A stretch of DNA of 64,000 nt from assembly GCA_964612455.1 (NCBI GenBank), contig CAZTCB010000001.1, forward strand, positions 43,919-107,918. The letters are read 5' to 3'. Origin of the DNA: an uncultured Subdoligranulum sp. Its GTDB lineage: Bacteria; Bacillota; Clostridia; Christensenellales; CAG-314. This document shows, in pieces, positions 41,457 to 50,097 of the stretch (the first letter of the stretch is position 1; each line of letters starts with the position of its first letter). Made by a program: the position numbers and the translations under genes. The notes beneath the pieces are model-generated. The model was not told the origin of the DNA and made no database searches. It worked only from the letters and a program-made list of their open reading frames with translations.

Positions 41457-41765
41457 TTAACTGATTTTTGGCATAATCGTATACAAACCTGCCATACTGA
41501 AAATTTTATCCACAGTACGCGAAACGTTTGTAATAAAAGTTTTACAGCCGATTTTTTTTGCAACTTTATATCTTCCGATAAGCACACCTATACCGGTACT
41601 GTCGGTAAAAGTCAAACGACTAAAATCAAAAATAATTTCTTGCGGTTTATTATCTTCGATTATTTTATCGAGAGCATTTTTAACCTCTTCGGCACAAAAT
41701 TCATCCAATTCGCCGACAAGATTAAACGTAATTTTAAAATTTTTGTTAGAATAATATATTTCCAT
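41457..41765 (-). CDS. spoIIAA: anti-sigma F factor antagonist SpoIIAA
   Basis: 102-aa STAS domain with the phosphorylatable Ser context FTDSTGIGVL. Confidence 0.9.
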   Translation of the reverse strand: MEIYYSNKNFKITFNLVGELDEFCAEEVKNALDKIIEDNKPQEIIFDFSRLTFTDSTGIGVLIGRYKVAKKIGCKTFITNVSRTVDKIFSMAGLYTIMPKIS

Positions 41766-41989
41766 TTTTACCTCGTAACGATTAAAATTTTAATGCCTCC
41801 TAAAGGTATTATTTAGATAAAAAATGTAATAAAATATCAAATTTTGAATTTTTCTTCGCCAAAAATAATATGTATTGCAAATTTACCGCATTATACTTGG
41901 TTTGCATAAAAATATTATTTCTAAAATAGTATCTAAATATAACAAAAAAAGATTTTAAATAAACAAAAAAAATCAATATTATTAGCAAT

Positions 41990-42020
41990 AAAAAAAACAA
42001 GCTCCTCGCATGAGAGCCTG
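41990..42020 (-). terminator. rho-independent terminator downstream of the ydeI-like gene
   Basis: Minus strand CAGGCTC...GAGCTTG stem followed by T8. Confidence 0.65.
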
Positions 42021-42170
42021 TTTTATTGCTAATTATATCTGTATCGATACAATTCTACGTACCAAAATATTTGCCCGCATATATAAAAAGGTAACTACGA
42101 TTATGAAAAATTAAACTAAACTATTTTTTTACTGCTTTGCCGTAATTATTGTTTCCGTAAAAGTATTTTT

Positions 42171-42740
42171 TCATTTATAATATTTATCTATACCGCCGTA
42201 TCCGATGATTATTTTTCCCTCACGAGTACGTTTTATAAAACTATCAAGACGTTTTTTAAACTCGGCAGGACGTTTTCTTGCGGCGTCTATATAGGCAATG
42301 CGAATACGCTTATAGCCATCAGATAATCCCTGATAGCTTTTCCAAGCAACCGCATCCGCTTTTATTGCCTCGAGTATATCGTTCGGGAAAACATACGGAG
42401 TATGAATGATAGACAATACGTCATCTCTCACGCTTGGATAGAGCAGACTGCGCTCGTTAAGCCAAATCAGCCTCTCTATATTAGTTCGCGAATACAGGCT
42501 ATCTTTTTTTCTCGGGACAAAACGCTGTGCACGATGGGTAGAATCTATGTGTTTAATAGTACTATCAATCCAGCCAAAGCAAAGTGCTTCTTCAACTGCA
42601 TCGTTATATAAAAGCGACTTCTCACCCGATGCCTTCATCGGAAAAATAAACCAGATTTCGCTTTGCGTTTCAAAGTTTTCAGCGAGCCACTTTCTCCAAC
42701 TTTGTCTGTCACTCGTATAAAAAGTATTTAAACGTTCCAT
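42171..42740 (-). CDS. YdeI/OmpD-associated family protein
   Basis: 189 aa. WRKWLAENFETQSEIWFIF...EEALCFGWIDS...RFVPRKKDSLYS follows the YdeI/OmdA family pattern. Confidence 0.6.
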   Translation of the reverse strand: MERLNTFYTSDRQSWRKWLAENFETQSEIWFIFPMKASGEKSLLYNDAVEEALCFGWIDSTIKHIDSTHRAQRFVPRKKDSLYSRTNIERLIWLNERSLLYPSVRDDVLSIIHTPYVFPNDILEAIKADAVAWKSYQGLSDGYKRIRIAYIDAARKRPAEFKKRLDSFIKRTREGKIIIGYGGIDKYYK

Positions 42741-42762
42741 ACAGCTTTTCTGTTATTTGTTT

Positions 42763-43853
42763 GTTTTGTTACCATTTAGATTTACACTATACTCAAACTT
42801 ATCCATATTTCACGGTCGTTTCTATCCCGTTTTGTTACCATTTAGATTTACACTATACTCAAACAAACAAATTCACTTTTGCAATACGAGGGCGGTTTTG
42901 TTACCATTTAGATTTACACTATACTCAAACATAATCGGCGCGGGCTTCGTTAATGTCCGTGTTTTGTTACCATTTAGATTTACACTATACTCAAACAAAC
43001 AAATTCACTTTTGCAATACGAGGGCGGTTTTGTTACCATTTAGATTTACACTATACTCAAACATAATCGGCGCGGGCTTCGTTAATGTCCGTGTTTTGTT
43101 ACCATTTAGATTTACACTATACTCAAACGCATACAAAGACAGTCTTATTGGACTATCGGTTTTGTTACCATTTAGATTTACACTATACTCAAACCGCGTA
43201 CAATTCAAAGATTTTATTTATAATGTTTTGTTACCATTTAGATTTACACTATACTCAAACCAAGGAAAATGCGGAATATGAGGGCAAGAAGTTTTGTTAC
43301 CATTTAGATTTACACTATACTCAAACCCGAAACATAATCTTTGCGGATCACACTTGTTTTGTTACCATTTAGATTTACACTATACTCAAACATGCATTCG
43401 TTAGCATACGGTCGGGGGACGTTTTGTTACCATTTAGATTTACACTATACTCAAACGGGGAAAGAAACTGCATTTGCGTCCAAAGGGGTTTTGTTACCAT
43501 TTAGATTTACACTATACTCAAACTTTGCTTGTGCTTTGATTTTTTCAGCCAAAGTTTTGTTACCATTTAGATTTACACTATACTCAAACAGGTAAACTTT
43601 GTTTAATACCCCCCGTTAAGTTTTGTTACCATTTAGATTTACACTATACTCAAACATATGGTTGTGTTTCAGACGCTATACATTAGTTTTGTTACCATTT
43701 AGATTTACACTATACTCAAACTTTTCGTTCATAGTTTTACTCCTTTATCTTGTTTTGTTACCATTTAGATTTACACTATACTCAAACTAAACATACGAAC
43801 GATAAGACTGTATTTCTGTTTTGTTACCATTTAGATTTACACTATACTCAAAC
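42763..43853 (-). CRISPR. type II-A CRISPR array, 17 repeats / 16 spacers (14 unique)
   Basis: There are 17 identical 36-nt repeats. On the plus strand they read GTTTTGTTACCATTTAGATTTACACTATACTCAAAC. The functional minus-strand orientation is GTTTGAGTATAGTGTAAATCTAAATGGTAACAAAAC. Spacers are 29-31 nt. Orientation is fixed by the tracrRNA anti-repeat and its terminator, and by co-orientation with the cas genes. Confidence 0.98.
42865..43128. repeat. 132-bp tandem duplication inside the array (spacer2-R-spacer3-R repeated as spacer4-R-spacer5-R)
   Basis: 42865..42996 is identical to 42997..43128. The spacers AAACAAATTCACTTTTGCAATACGAGGGCG and ATAATCGGCGCGGGCTTCGTTAATGTCCGT each occur twice. 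Confidence 0.95.
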
Positions 43854-44023
43854 CTCAAATTAGATTAATTTCACCTTTTGCGGCATAGTAAACCCACTTT
43901 GGCAACATAATTTTGATTTACACTATATGTATATTATAACATGTTATTTACCAAAAAGCAATAGTTTTATTGCGTAAACATGACATTTAGTTACGTTTTT
44001 TCTTTTTTAAAATCACATAGTTT
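43854..44023 (-). promoter_or_regulatory. CRISPR leader with array promoter
   Basis: AT-rich 170 bp between the csn2 stop and the first repeat. The minus strand carries TTGCTT (43961..43956), a 17-nt spacer and TGtTATAAT (-10 at 43938..43933), giving a predicted TSS near 43926. The leader ends ...AATCTAATTTGAG directly before the first repeat. Confidence 0.6.
43899..43934 (-). repeat. degenerate repeat remnant inside the leader
   Basis: A 15-nt run (43913..43927, TTGATTTACACTATA on the plus strand) differs from the repeat (TAGATTTACACTATA) only at 43914. The flanks are diverged. It lies 45 nt from repeat 17 rather than a spacer length. Confidence 0.7.
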
Positions 44024-44689
44024 CTACACTATTATCTCGCACAAATCGTTATCTATTACGAGATTCATTTCACCGTCGCATTTTGGTTTTAAGCCGCTTT
44101 CAATATCCATGCACATCACTCCGTTATACATCAAATGCTTATACAATTCTTGCAGTTCGTACGTTTCAAAAAAGCTTTTCAGGTTAGCAAACGCTATCAG
44201 TCTAATTCCTAAAAAATGCGTAAGCATCGTTACGTAGTCAATCAAACGCTCTATTCCATTATCTGCTTTGTCTGCTATCATCACGCCGAAAGCTTTGAAC
44301 ATAGCCGTTATCGGCGAGTCTACGTTCCAATCCGTTTCGATCGTGCTTTCAATGTTTAATTTATCCAATAGTGAAAAGAACCTACTATTGATTTCAAGCA
44401 CGTCCTCGGCATACTTTTCATTCGCAATATCGCTTAATTCAGCAAGAAGTTTATTATTCGCTTTTTTATCCGAAAAATCAAGCTCAATCGGGTTATCTAC
44501 GAACACGGCGTTCCTACTCAAATTAATTATCTTATCCTTTTCTGAAAGCACAAAACGCTCTTCGCCAAGCCTTATACTATCCCTCAGCTCAACGTACAAC
44601 TGCCTATATCTTCTTGGGTTTTCCACCGTGATAACGTTCACTTTGTCACTCGTAAATATCGTTTCTATATCGCAATGAGTAAGCTTCAT
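44024..44689 (-). CDS. csn2: CRISPR-associated protein Csn2 (type II-A signature)
   Basis: 221 aa, last gene of the cas operon and overlapping the cas2 stop by 4 nt. Size, position and general sequence pattern match short-form Csn2. Confidence 0.8.
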   Translation of the reverse strand: MKLTHCDIETIFTSDKVNVITVENPRRYRQLYVELRDSIRLGEERFVLSEKDKIINLSRNAVFVDNPIELDFSDKKANNKLLAELSDIANEKYAEDVLEINSRFFSLLDKLNIESTIETDWNVDSPITAMFKAFGVMIADKADNGIERLIDYVTMLTHFLGIRLIAFANLKSFFETYELQELYKHLMYNGVMCMDIESGLKPKCDGEMNLVIDNDLCEIIV

Positions 44690-45006
44690 AGCACCACCAG
44701 TCTTTCGTCGGTGTCTATTACTTCGTTATTTTTTCCGCCCGTAACAAACTCCATATTAGCAAACTGCTTTTCGCTAACGGTTAACATTTGGATATTTCCG
44801 CCCTTTACCTTATGACCGCGAACGCTTTCCTTGACCGCCTCGCACACCGTCCCGTTTAGCACGAGCTTGCTATAAACCGACTCCTGTTGCATAATAAATC
44901 CGCTTCGTATAAGAAACTTTCTAAATCGTGTATACGCTCTTCGCTCTTCCGCCGTTTCCGTCGGCAAATCAAAAAAGACTATTATTCTCATAAACCTATA
45001 ACTCAT
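44686..45006 (-). CDS. cas2: CRISPR-associated endonuclease Cas2
   Basis: 106 aa. [17 protein letters not shown]...[21 protein letters not shown] is the canonical Cas2 ferredoxin-fold N-terminus. Confidence 0.92.
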   Translation of the reverse strand: MSYRFMRIIVFFDLPTETAEERRAYTRFRKFLIRSGFIMQQESVYSKLVLNGTVCEAVKESVRGHKVKGGNIQMLTVSEKQFANMEFVTGGKNNEVIDTDERLVVL

Positions 45007-45865
45007 AAAATACTAGTTGCGACGGATCACTTTCGTTAAGTGCATTAAAAACTCTCTTGCAATACAAGGATATTGCATCGTTAACAGTGTACGTTTTGCC
45101 CGCAATCTCCACTCTCAAATTAAGCAGATCGGCAAGCTCTTGCTTAACCATAGTAGTAACCTCTCCCTCGCCTCGCATAAACACTTTACGATCAACTATA
45201 ACCCTAAACGGCTCCATTAAATCGCTGCTCAAGTTAAAGTGATTAAACTCGTTGCGGTGGAACAGTCCGCACTGCGTTAGATACCCGTCGGCTATTATTT
45301 CTCTATTAAACGCAGAAAGCAATATTGCGTACCCATAATCAAGCATAGCGTTGTAATTCCGTTCGTCGTCGCTTCTCTTAAAGCCCAGTCCAAACAGGGC
45401 GTTAAAGTACACCTTTGCAGCGTGTCCTTCCCTGTTGGTTATATCTCCGATCTGCACGTCGCAAACATAACCTTTTAGCATTTCAGCTTGTGGGCTGCCC
45501 AGGTCATCCAAAAAACTTGCCTGTTGCGTTATCTTATTCTTCACTATTTCTGCCCAGACTTTGGATTTTATTTCGTTGCTCCATCCGTTCTGTTCTCGCA
45601 CTCTGCCACTGCAATCATGCCTGCCGTACAATGCGTTAAGTTGAGAAATGGGGTTTTGTCTTTCATCGCAAAAAACTATATTTACCTTGTGCTTAACAAG
45701 TTCACACAGCAATACGCCCGTTATAGACACCGCAGTATTCTGCACTATGAGCGTCGAAATCTCATCGATAAACACTCGTTTTATATCCTCGCCACGACAA
45801 ACCAGATATCCCGTTTTATACTCAAGCTTACAACGCTTTTCCACAATCACAACTCGCCAACCCAT
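44996..45865 (-). CDS. cas1: CRISPR-associated endonuclease Cas1 (type II)
   Basis: 289 aa. [20 protein letters not shown] start, and the catalytic-region blocks [16 protein letters not shown] and [16 protein letters not shown]. Confidence 0.93.
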   Translation of the reverse strand: MGWRVVIVEKRCKLEYKTGYLVCRGEDIKRVFIDEISTLIVQNTAVSITGVLLCELVKHKVNIVFCDERQNPISQLNALYGRHDCSGRVREQNGWSNEIKSKVWAEIVKNKITQQASFLDDLGSPQAEMLKGYVCDVQIGDITNREGHAAKVYFNALFGLGFKRSDDERNYNAMLDYGYAILLSAFNREIIADGYLTQCGLFHRNEFNHFNLSSDLMEPFRVIVDRKVFMRGEGEVTTMVKQELADLLNLRVEIAGKTYTVNDAISLYCKRVFNALNESDPSQLVFYEL

Positions 45866-45886
45866 TCTATCTCCCGGTTTAGATGT

Positions 45887-48800
45887 TTATAAAAACTTCT
45901 TTACGTCGATAACCTCTTTGTATTGCCCTGTTGGGGATTGGTAAATTATCTTTACGTCTAATTTTTCTATTGATTTACTAATTAAGCATTTACCCACGTC
46001 TTTTCCGAACGGTTTACCTTCACTATCAACAAAAGAGCTCAAATCAAGATTGACAGGATTGCAGTTAAAGAACAGTAATATCTTAGTCAACTGCTCGCAC
46101 TGTGTTTCAACCGACATGTTTTGAAACTGCTCTCTACAATATTTCAAGTTCTTTAATGCATTCTCAAACGCCGTCATACCGCTATATATTTTATCATGTA
46201 GTTTTTTTAAAAACGTATCGTACAGTCTGACGTTTTTAGCCACGTTCACTCCGTCAAGCTCTTCATCGACCATAAACGCTTTTTTAGTTGCCTTTGCTTC
46301 GGATAATTTTTTACACACGTTCATTACTTTTTTGAGATATACACTATCTTCCATATTCAGGAAAAGTTCAACGGCATTACAAAATACCACCTGATGCCCC
46401 GTTTTTCCTCTTATATACATGGGCGTCCCGTTTATCTTTAATAAAGTATTTATACGAATTTTATTCAGTACGATCTGCGGTTTCGTTAATTCGCATTGGT
46501 TTTCGACGTACTCTTTTACTGCGTTAGGATTATGCTCTCGCGTTTTTTCTATCATTACGGGAATGGCTTCCAACGTCAGTTTTACCTCACCTTTTTTACC
46601 TTTGCTCTTTACCAACGCAAAGTACGCCGTTTTGGCTGAATTGTATCCGCCGTATTTGGTAGTGTCGCTAATTGCGCCGTTAGCTTTTAACGGCACTAAC
46701 CCGGCTTTTTTGGTTACCGGTTGCAAGTCAAACAGTTGTCCGCTGTTTTCGCTCACGAACCGCACTACCGAACAGTCGTTCCTATAGTACGTTTTTACGA
46801 TCGTGGGAATATCTATACTCGGTTTCCATGCATCTTTAACGGGTTTCCAAAACAGCCTATAATCCGACCTCGATTCTTCCACCGTTCTGTCCGAGTAATA
46901 TCTCGACAAGTCGTGTCCGTACTCTTCGTTGAATACGTTGCCTGCAACCACGTTGATATAAGCGTCTTTTGCATGGTGCAAATCGTTTAGCTCACGCACT
47001 TTAATGAGCTTTACTCTATACTCCTCGTCAAGCCCTGCTTCTTTGGCATATTCGTCCAGACGATTCTTAAAGTCTGCCGCCTTGCGTGCCTTTGAATACA
47101 CTATCTCCGTTTTGGGATAGAGCGTTTTTAGTATCCTCGCAGTTTCCTTGGTGCTTTGTTGTGTCATTACTATTTGCCTGTTTTCAAACTCGGCAAGCTC
47201 GTCCGTCGTGAGCGGGGTGTTTCGCACAAGCCGACGATACTTCTTTTCACTTATATATCCACGTGTTTTGAGCATCGCCCAAAACTCTTTCATTTTCGTA
47301 CGAATACGTGCATCTAACGGATATTGATCCGTTTTATTCGCATTCACTTGTTTTTTGACAAGCACTATGTTATCTAAACTATCGTCGTTTATTTTCGACT
47401 GCGGATATATATGGTCTATATCATAGAGGTTATCATTGGTCAAATCTTTGAGCTCTATAGACTCGTTCGTGTACATACACTTGCCCATTTGCAAGTAGTA
47501 CAAAAACAGTTTGCGTGAAGAAAATTTACGCTCGTCCGTTAACTCTATTTCTCCTATCCAGTCTCTCTTGTCCAACTCAATACTCTTATATAAAGCGAGC
47601 AATTGCTCCTTGCGTGAAGCCTTGCGTTTACCCTTTTCGTTAGACTCGTCGCCTCTGCTCATTTCGATTATTATCTTTTTAGGTGCATAACCCTTGACTT
47701 TGACTATCTCTTTTATTATAGCCAACATTCGACGTATTGTACGCTTAACCGACGGCGAACAGTACAAATCGTCAATCCTAATACGTCCATCGCAGTTTTC
47801 TTTATTATACTGTTCTATTGCCTTGTCAAAACCCCAGCGGCTTGCCGTTAACGCTTCCGTCATATTTATAGTAAACGCTTGCATTGCCTCTATAACCGTC
47901 AACTTCTTGCCGTTGTACACAGCTTTGGTCGACGTTATGCCGTCGAGAACCTTTTTCGACAATCTACCCCAACCGCTATAACGCAGTTTTGATATTTGAC
48001 GAATTTGGTCTTTTGTCAAGACTTTTCCGTACTCGGCGGTTATGCGTTTTACCAAGCGTTCGTCATCCGACGAGAGCGTTACCCACTTGATTATCTCTTC
48101 ACACATATCCCTACGAGTATCTACCGCATCGCCTATTATCGCCTTGAAATCTATGTATGCCCCTAACGAATTTCGCACTTTGCCTTCGTCAATTCCCGTT
48201 ATAGACGACTTATCTATAAGCCCAATATCGTAACCGTTTATCTTGAGCAATTCTATTATCTTATTTGCCGTTATGTTCTTGTTTCTATGTGCATAATAGT
48301 AAACGATTTTTATCGCTCGCTCGTCTTTTTGTCCGTTTATTTTAATATTATTTATCTCATTTAGTAGCGTCGCTTCGCTATACAGTATTGAGTTTTTAGG
48401 CAGTACGTCCTCCGTAGGTATATATGAACATTTGCACGTCATTTGCTCTATAAATGCATCCTCGCTCTTGTCAAGATCTATTACTTGTTCAAAATTCCAC
48501 GGCAACGCCCTAACATGCTCCATACCGACTTTTCTCACTGCCCAATGCCCCTGCGTAGGTCCTACATAGTACGGAATTCGGAAAGTCAATAACAACTTTA
48601 TCTTGTCCGCCATCGTAATACCGTTCTCATCTTTTTCTGACAGAAACTCGTATCGCTCGCTTGCCTTTTGCAGAATTTTGTCCAGCTCAATCTCGTGGAG
48701 CTGGTACGGGATTATGCCGTTGCCCGACTCCATTTGCCGCGGTAAAAACTCGCCTCGCTCGTAACGCTCTTTTAGTGTTTTGACGTGTTCGTCAGTTTCT

Positions 48801-49933
48801 CCACTCTCCACTATTCTACCTGCAAAAGCAAAAAATTCCTCCTTCCCTCCTTTGAAAATATGCTTTTCGAGGAATTTGTAAAAGTCATCCTTTTTGCACT
48901 TACTATAACTCTTGTGCTTATCCATACCGATGTAATCGGCATAGTTATTATTCATCTTTTCCTGTCGCCTAAACACTTCATGCTTTTTATTCGGACAATT
49001 TTCTTTTATATAGCGTTTGAGCAAGGCAAGATCGCTTTTGTGTGTTTCGTACCGATTAACTCGTGCTACAGACAGGCACGAAAACTCGCCGAGAATATTA
49101 ACGAGCTTTGACCAGTCGTATATCGCCTTTATGCTGTCGAGAAGATAATCGTCGGCGGTGACCGTTTTAACCTTGACAAACTGCTCGTCTGTCATTTGCT
49201 TGAAATCGATCTTTTTGTATTTGTCGTCTAATCCGCTAACATCGCTAACGCAGTACAGCTCATCAATGCTGCAGCTATTGCCTGACATCAACTTTAATAC
49301 TGCCGACGCCTGCTTGTCTTTTTTGTCTATTCCGAAAATTTCAGTCAAACGCTTGACTTTTTCCGTACCGCTCATTTTTTCGCTTTTTAGTACACTTATT
49401 GCGGAAATCAGGTTACGATCGTTCTCTCCAAGCTCAAAAGGAACGGCAAAATCACCCGTTTCTTCGCTTGCGTTATTTTCAAAATACGAGTTAATATGTC
49501 TGAATGAAGTCTTTATCGTTTCGGGATCGCTTACGGAAAAGCTTTGACCGGCAAACAGAAAATGCCCCCGGTTCTTGATTATATGATGGCAAGCTATGTA
49601 CAACAACCGTATGTCTTCCGGCGGCGCTTCCATTAGACTTTTGCGGAGATGTGACACCGTAGGATACCTTTTGAAATACTCCTTATCTGTATACCCATTG
49701 TCCCCAAAAAGTATATACTTCGTCGTTATGCGATTATCTTTGTCCTCTGGCAAGAGTTTACCGTCATTTAGACGTATGAAAAACGTATCGTCGACTTTAC
49801 TTATCTCGTCGGCGAACAACGACTGCAGTAGGTCGAGCCTCGTGCGTATGCGACTTATTCTCCTTCGGGAAGTGCGAAAAACTCGACGTTCTTCTGCCGT
49901 ATGCGCCTCGTCGAAAAGATAACTACCCCACAA
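45887..49933 (-). CDS. cas9: Cas9, main 1348-aa ORF (TTG start in the track), lacking the RuvC-I motif because of an upstream frameshift
   Basis: The arginine-rich bridge helix RRVFRTSRRRISRIRTR, RuvC-II IIIEMSRG, HNH DIDHIYPQS...N...N and RuvC-III HHAKDAYINVVAGN are all present. The N-terminal 45 codons are in another frame (see 49923..50060). Confidence 0.93.
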   Translation of the reverse strand: MWGSYLFDEAHTAEERRVFRTSRRRISRIRTRLDLLQSLFADEISKVDDTFFIRLNDGKLLPEDKDNRITTKYILFGDNGYTDKEYFKRYPTVSHLRKSLMEAPPEDIRLLYIACHHIIKNRGHFLFAGQSFSVSDPETIKTSFRHINSYFENNASEETGDFAVPFELGENDRNLISAISVLKSEKMSGTEKVKRLTEIFGIDKKDKQASAVLKLMSGNSCSIDELYCVSDVSGLDDKYKKIDFKQMTDEQFVKVKTVTADDYLLDSIKAIYDWSKLVNILGEFSCLSVARVNRYETHKSDLALLKRYIKENCPNKKHEVFRRQEKMNNNYADYIGMDKHKSYSKCKKDDFYKFLEKHIFKGGKEEFFAFAGRIVESGETDEHVKTLKERYERGEFLPRQMESGNGIIPYQLHEIELDKILQKASERYEFLSEKDENGITMADKIKLLLTFRIPYYVGPTQGHWAVRKVGMEHVRALPWNFEQVIDLDKSEDAFIEQMTCKCSYIPTEDVLPKNSILYSEATLLNEINNIKINGQKDERAIKIVYYYAHRNKNITANKIIELLKINGYDIGLIDKSSITGIDEGKVRNSLGAYIDFKAIIGDAVDTRRDMCEEIIKWVTLSSDDERLVKRITAEYGKVLTKDQIRQISKLRYSGWGRLSKKVLDGITSTKAVYNGKKLTVIEAMQAFTINMTEALTASRWGFDKAIEQYNKENCDGRIRIDDLYCSPSVKRTIRRMLAIIKEIVKVKGYAPKKIIIEMSRGDESNEKGKRKASRKEQLLALYKSIELDKRDWIGEIELTDERKFSSRKLFLYYLQMGKCMYTNESIELKDLTNDNLYDIDHIYPQSKINDDSLDNIVLVKKQVNANKTDQYPLDARIRTKMKEFWAMLKTRGYISEKKYRRLVRNTPLTTDELAEFENRQIVMTQQSTKETARILKTLYPKTEIVYSKARKAADFKNRLDEYAKEAGLDEEYRVKLIKVRELNDLHHAKDAYINVVAGNVFNEEYGHDLSRYYSDRTVEESRSDYRLFWKPVKDAWKPSIDIPTIVKTYYRNDCSVVRFVSENSGQLFDLQPVTKKAGLVPLKANGAISDTTKYGGYNSAKTAYFALVKSKGKKGEVKLTLEAIPVMIEKTREHNPNAVKEYVENQCELTKPQIVLNKIRINTLLKINGTPMYIRGKTGHQVVFCNAVELFLNMEDSVYLKKVMNVCKKLSEAKATKKAFMVDEELDGVNVAKNVRLYDTFLKKLHDKIYSGMTAFENALKNLKYCREQFQNMSVETQCEQLTKILLFFNCNPVNLDLSSFVDSEGKPFGKDVGKCLISKSIEKLDVKIIYQSPTGQYKEVIDVKKFL

Positions 49934-50060
49934 CGCTTTTCCTCCCCTGCCTTAACACGTTGTACCGTGCACTGGTTACCGTCCAACCGATAGAGTTTGT
50001 TCCACCATCGATTCCTATGTAGTACTCTTGTTCATTATCTTTTGATTTTTTTTCGTTCAT
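49923..50060 (-). CDS. cas9: Cas9 N-terminal fragment carrying RuvC-I (45 codons, out of frame with the main ORF)
   Basis: AAGGAG RBS and ATG at 50060. It encodes MNEKKSKDNEQEYYIGIDGGTNSIGWTVTSARYNVLRQGRKSVVG*. IGIDGGTNSIGW corresponds to SpCas9 IGLDIGTNSVGW, which contains the catalytic Asp. Confidence 0.85.
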   Translation of the reverse strand: MNEKKSKDNEQEYYIGIDGGTNSIGWTVTSARYNVLRQGRKSVVG

Positions 50061-50063
50061 CGC

Positions 50064-50092
50064 TTGACTTCTCCTTTGAATAGGGTTATACT
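50064..50092 (+). promoter_or_regulatory. tracrRNA promoter, overlapping the cas9 RBS region on the other strand
   Basis: TTGACT (50064..50069), 17 nt, TATACT (50087..50092). Confidence 0.65.
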
Positions 50093-50097
50093 GTAGT

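Noticed and set aside
41855-41861. A Spo0A-box-like heptamer (TGGCGAA on the minus strand) about 90 nt upstream of spoIIAA.
   Set aside because: A single 7-mer hit in AT-rich DNA is not evidence. I could not recognise a convincing sigma-H promoter next to it, so it is not reported as a feature.
42757-43595. Track ORFs of 174, 95, 84 and 67 aa with striking internal repeats (LLPFRFTLYSN, FCYHLDLHYTQT).
   Set aside because: They are translations of the CRISPR repeats in different frames. The periodicity is the 66-nt repeat-spacer unit, not a repeat protein.
43899-43934. The possibility that the leader repeat remnant is a second, plus-strand tracrRNA-like anti-repeat. Its TTTTGATTTACACTAT resembles the tracrRNA TTTTAGATTTACACTAT.
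   Set aside because: No plus-strand promoter lies upstream and no nexus, hairpins or terminator lie downstream. The bona fide tracrRNA at 50098..50203 has all of these. The remnant is better explained as a decayed repeat within the leader.
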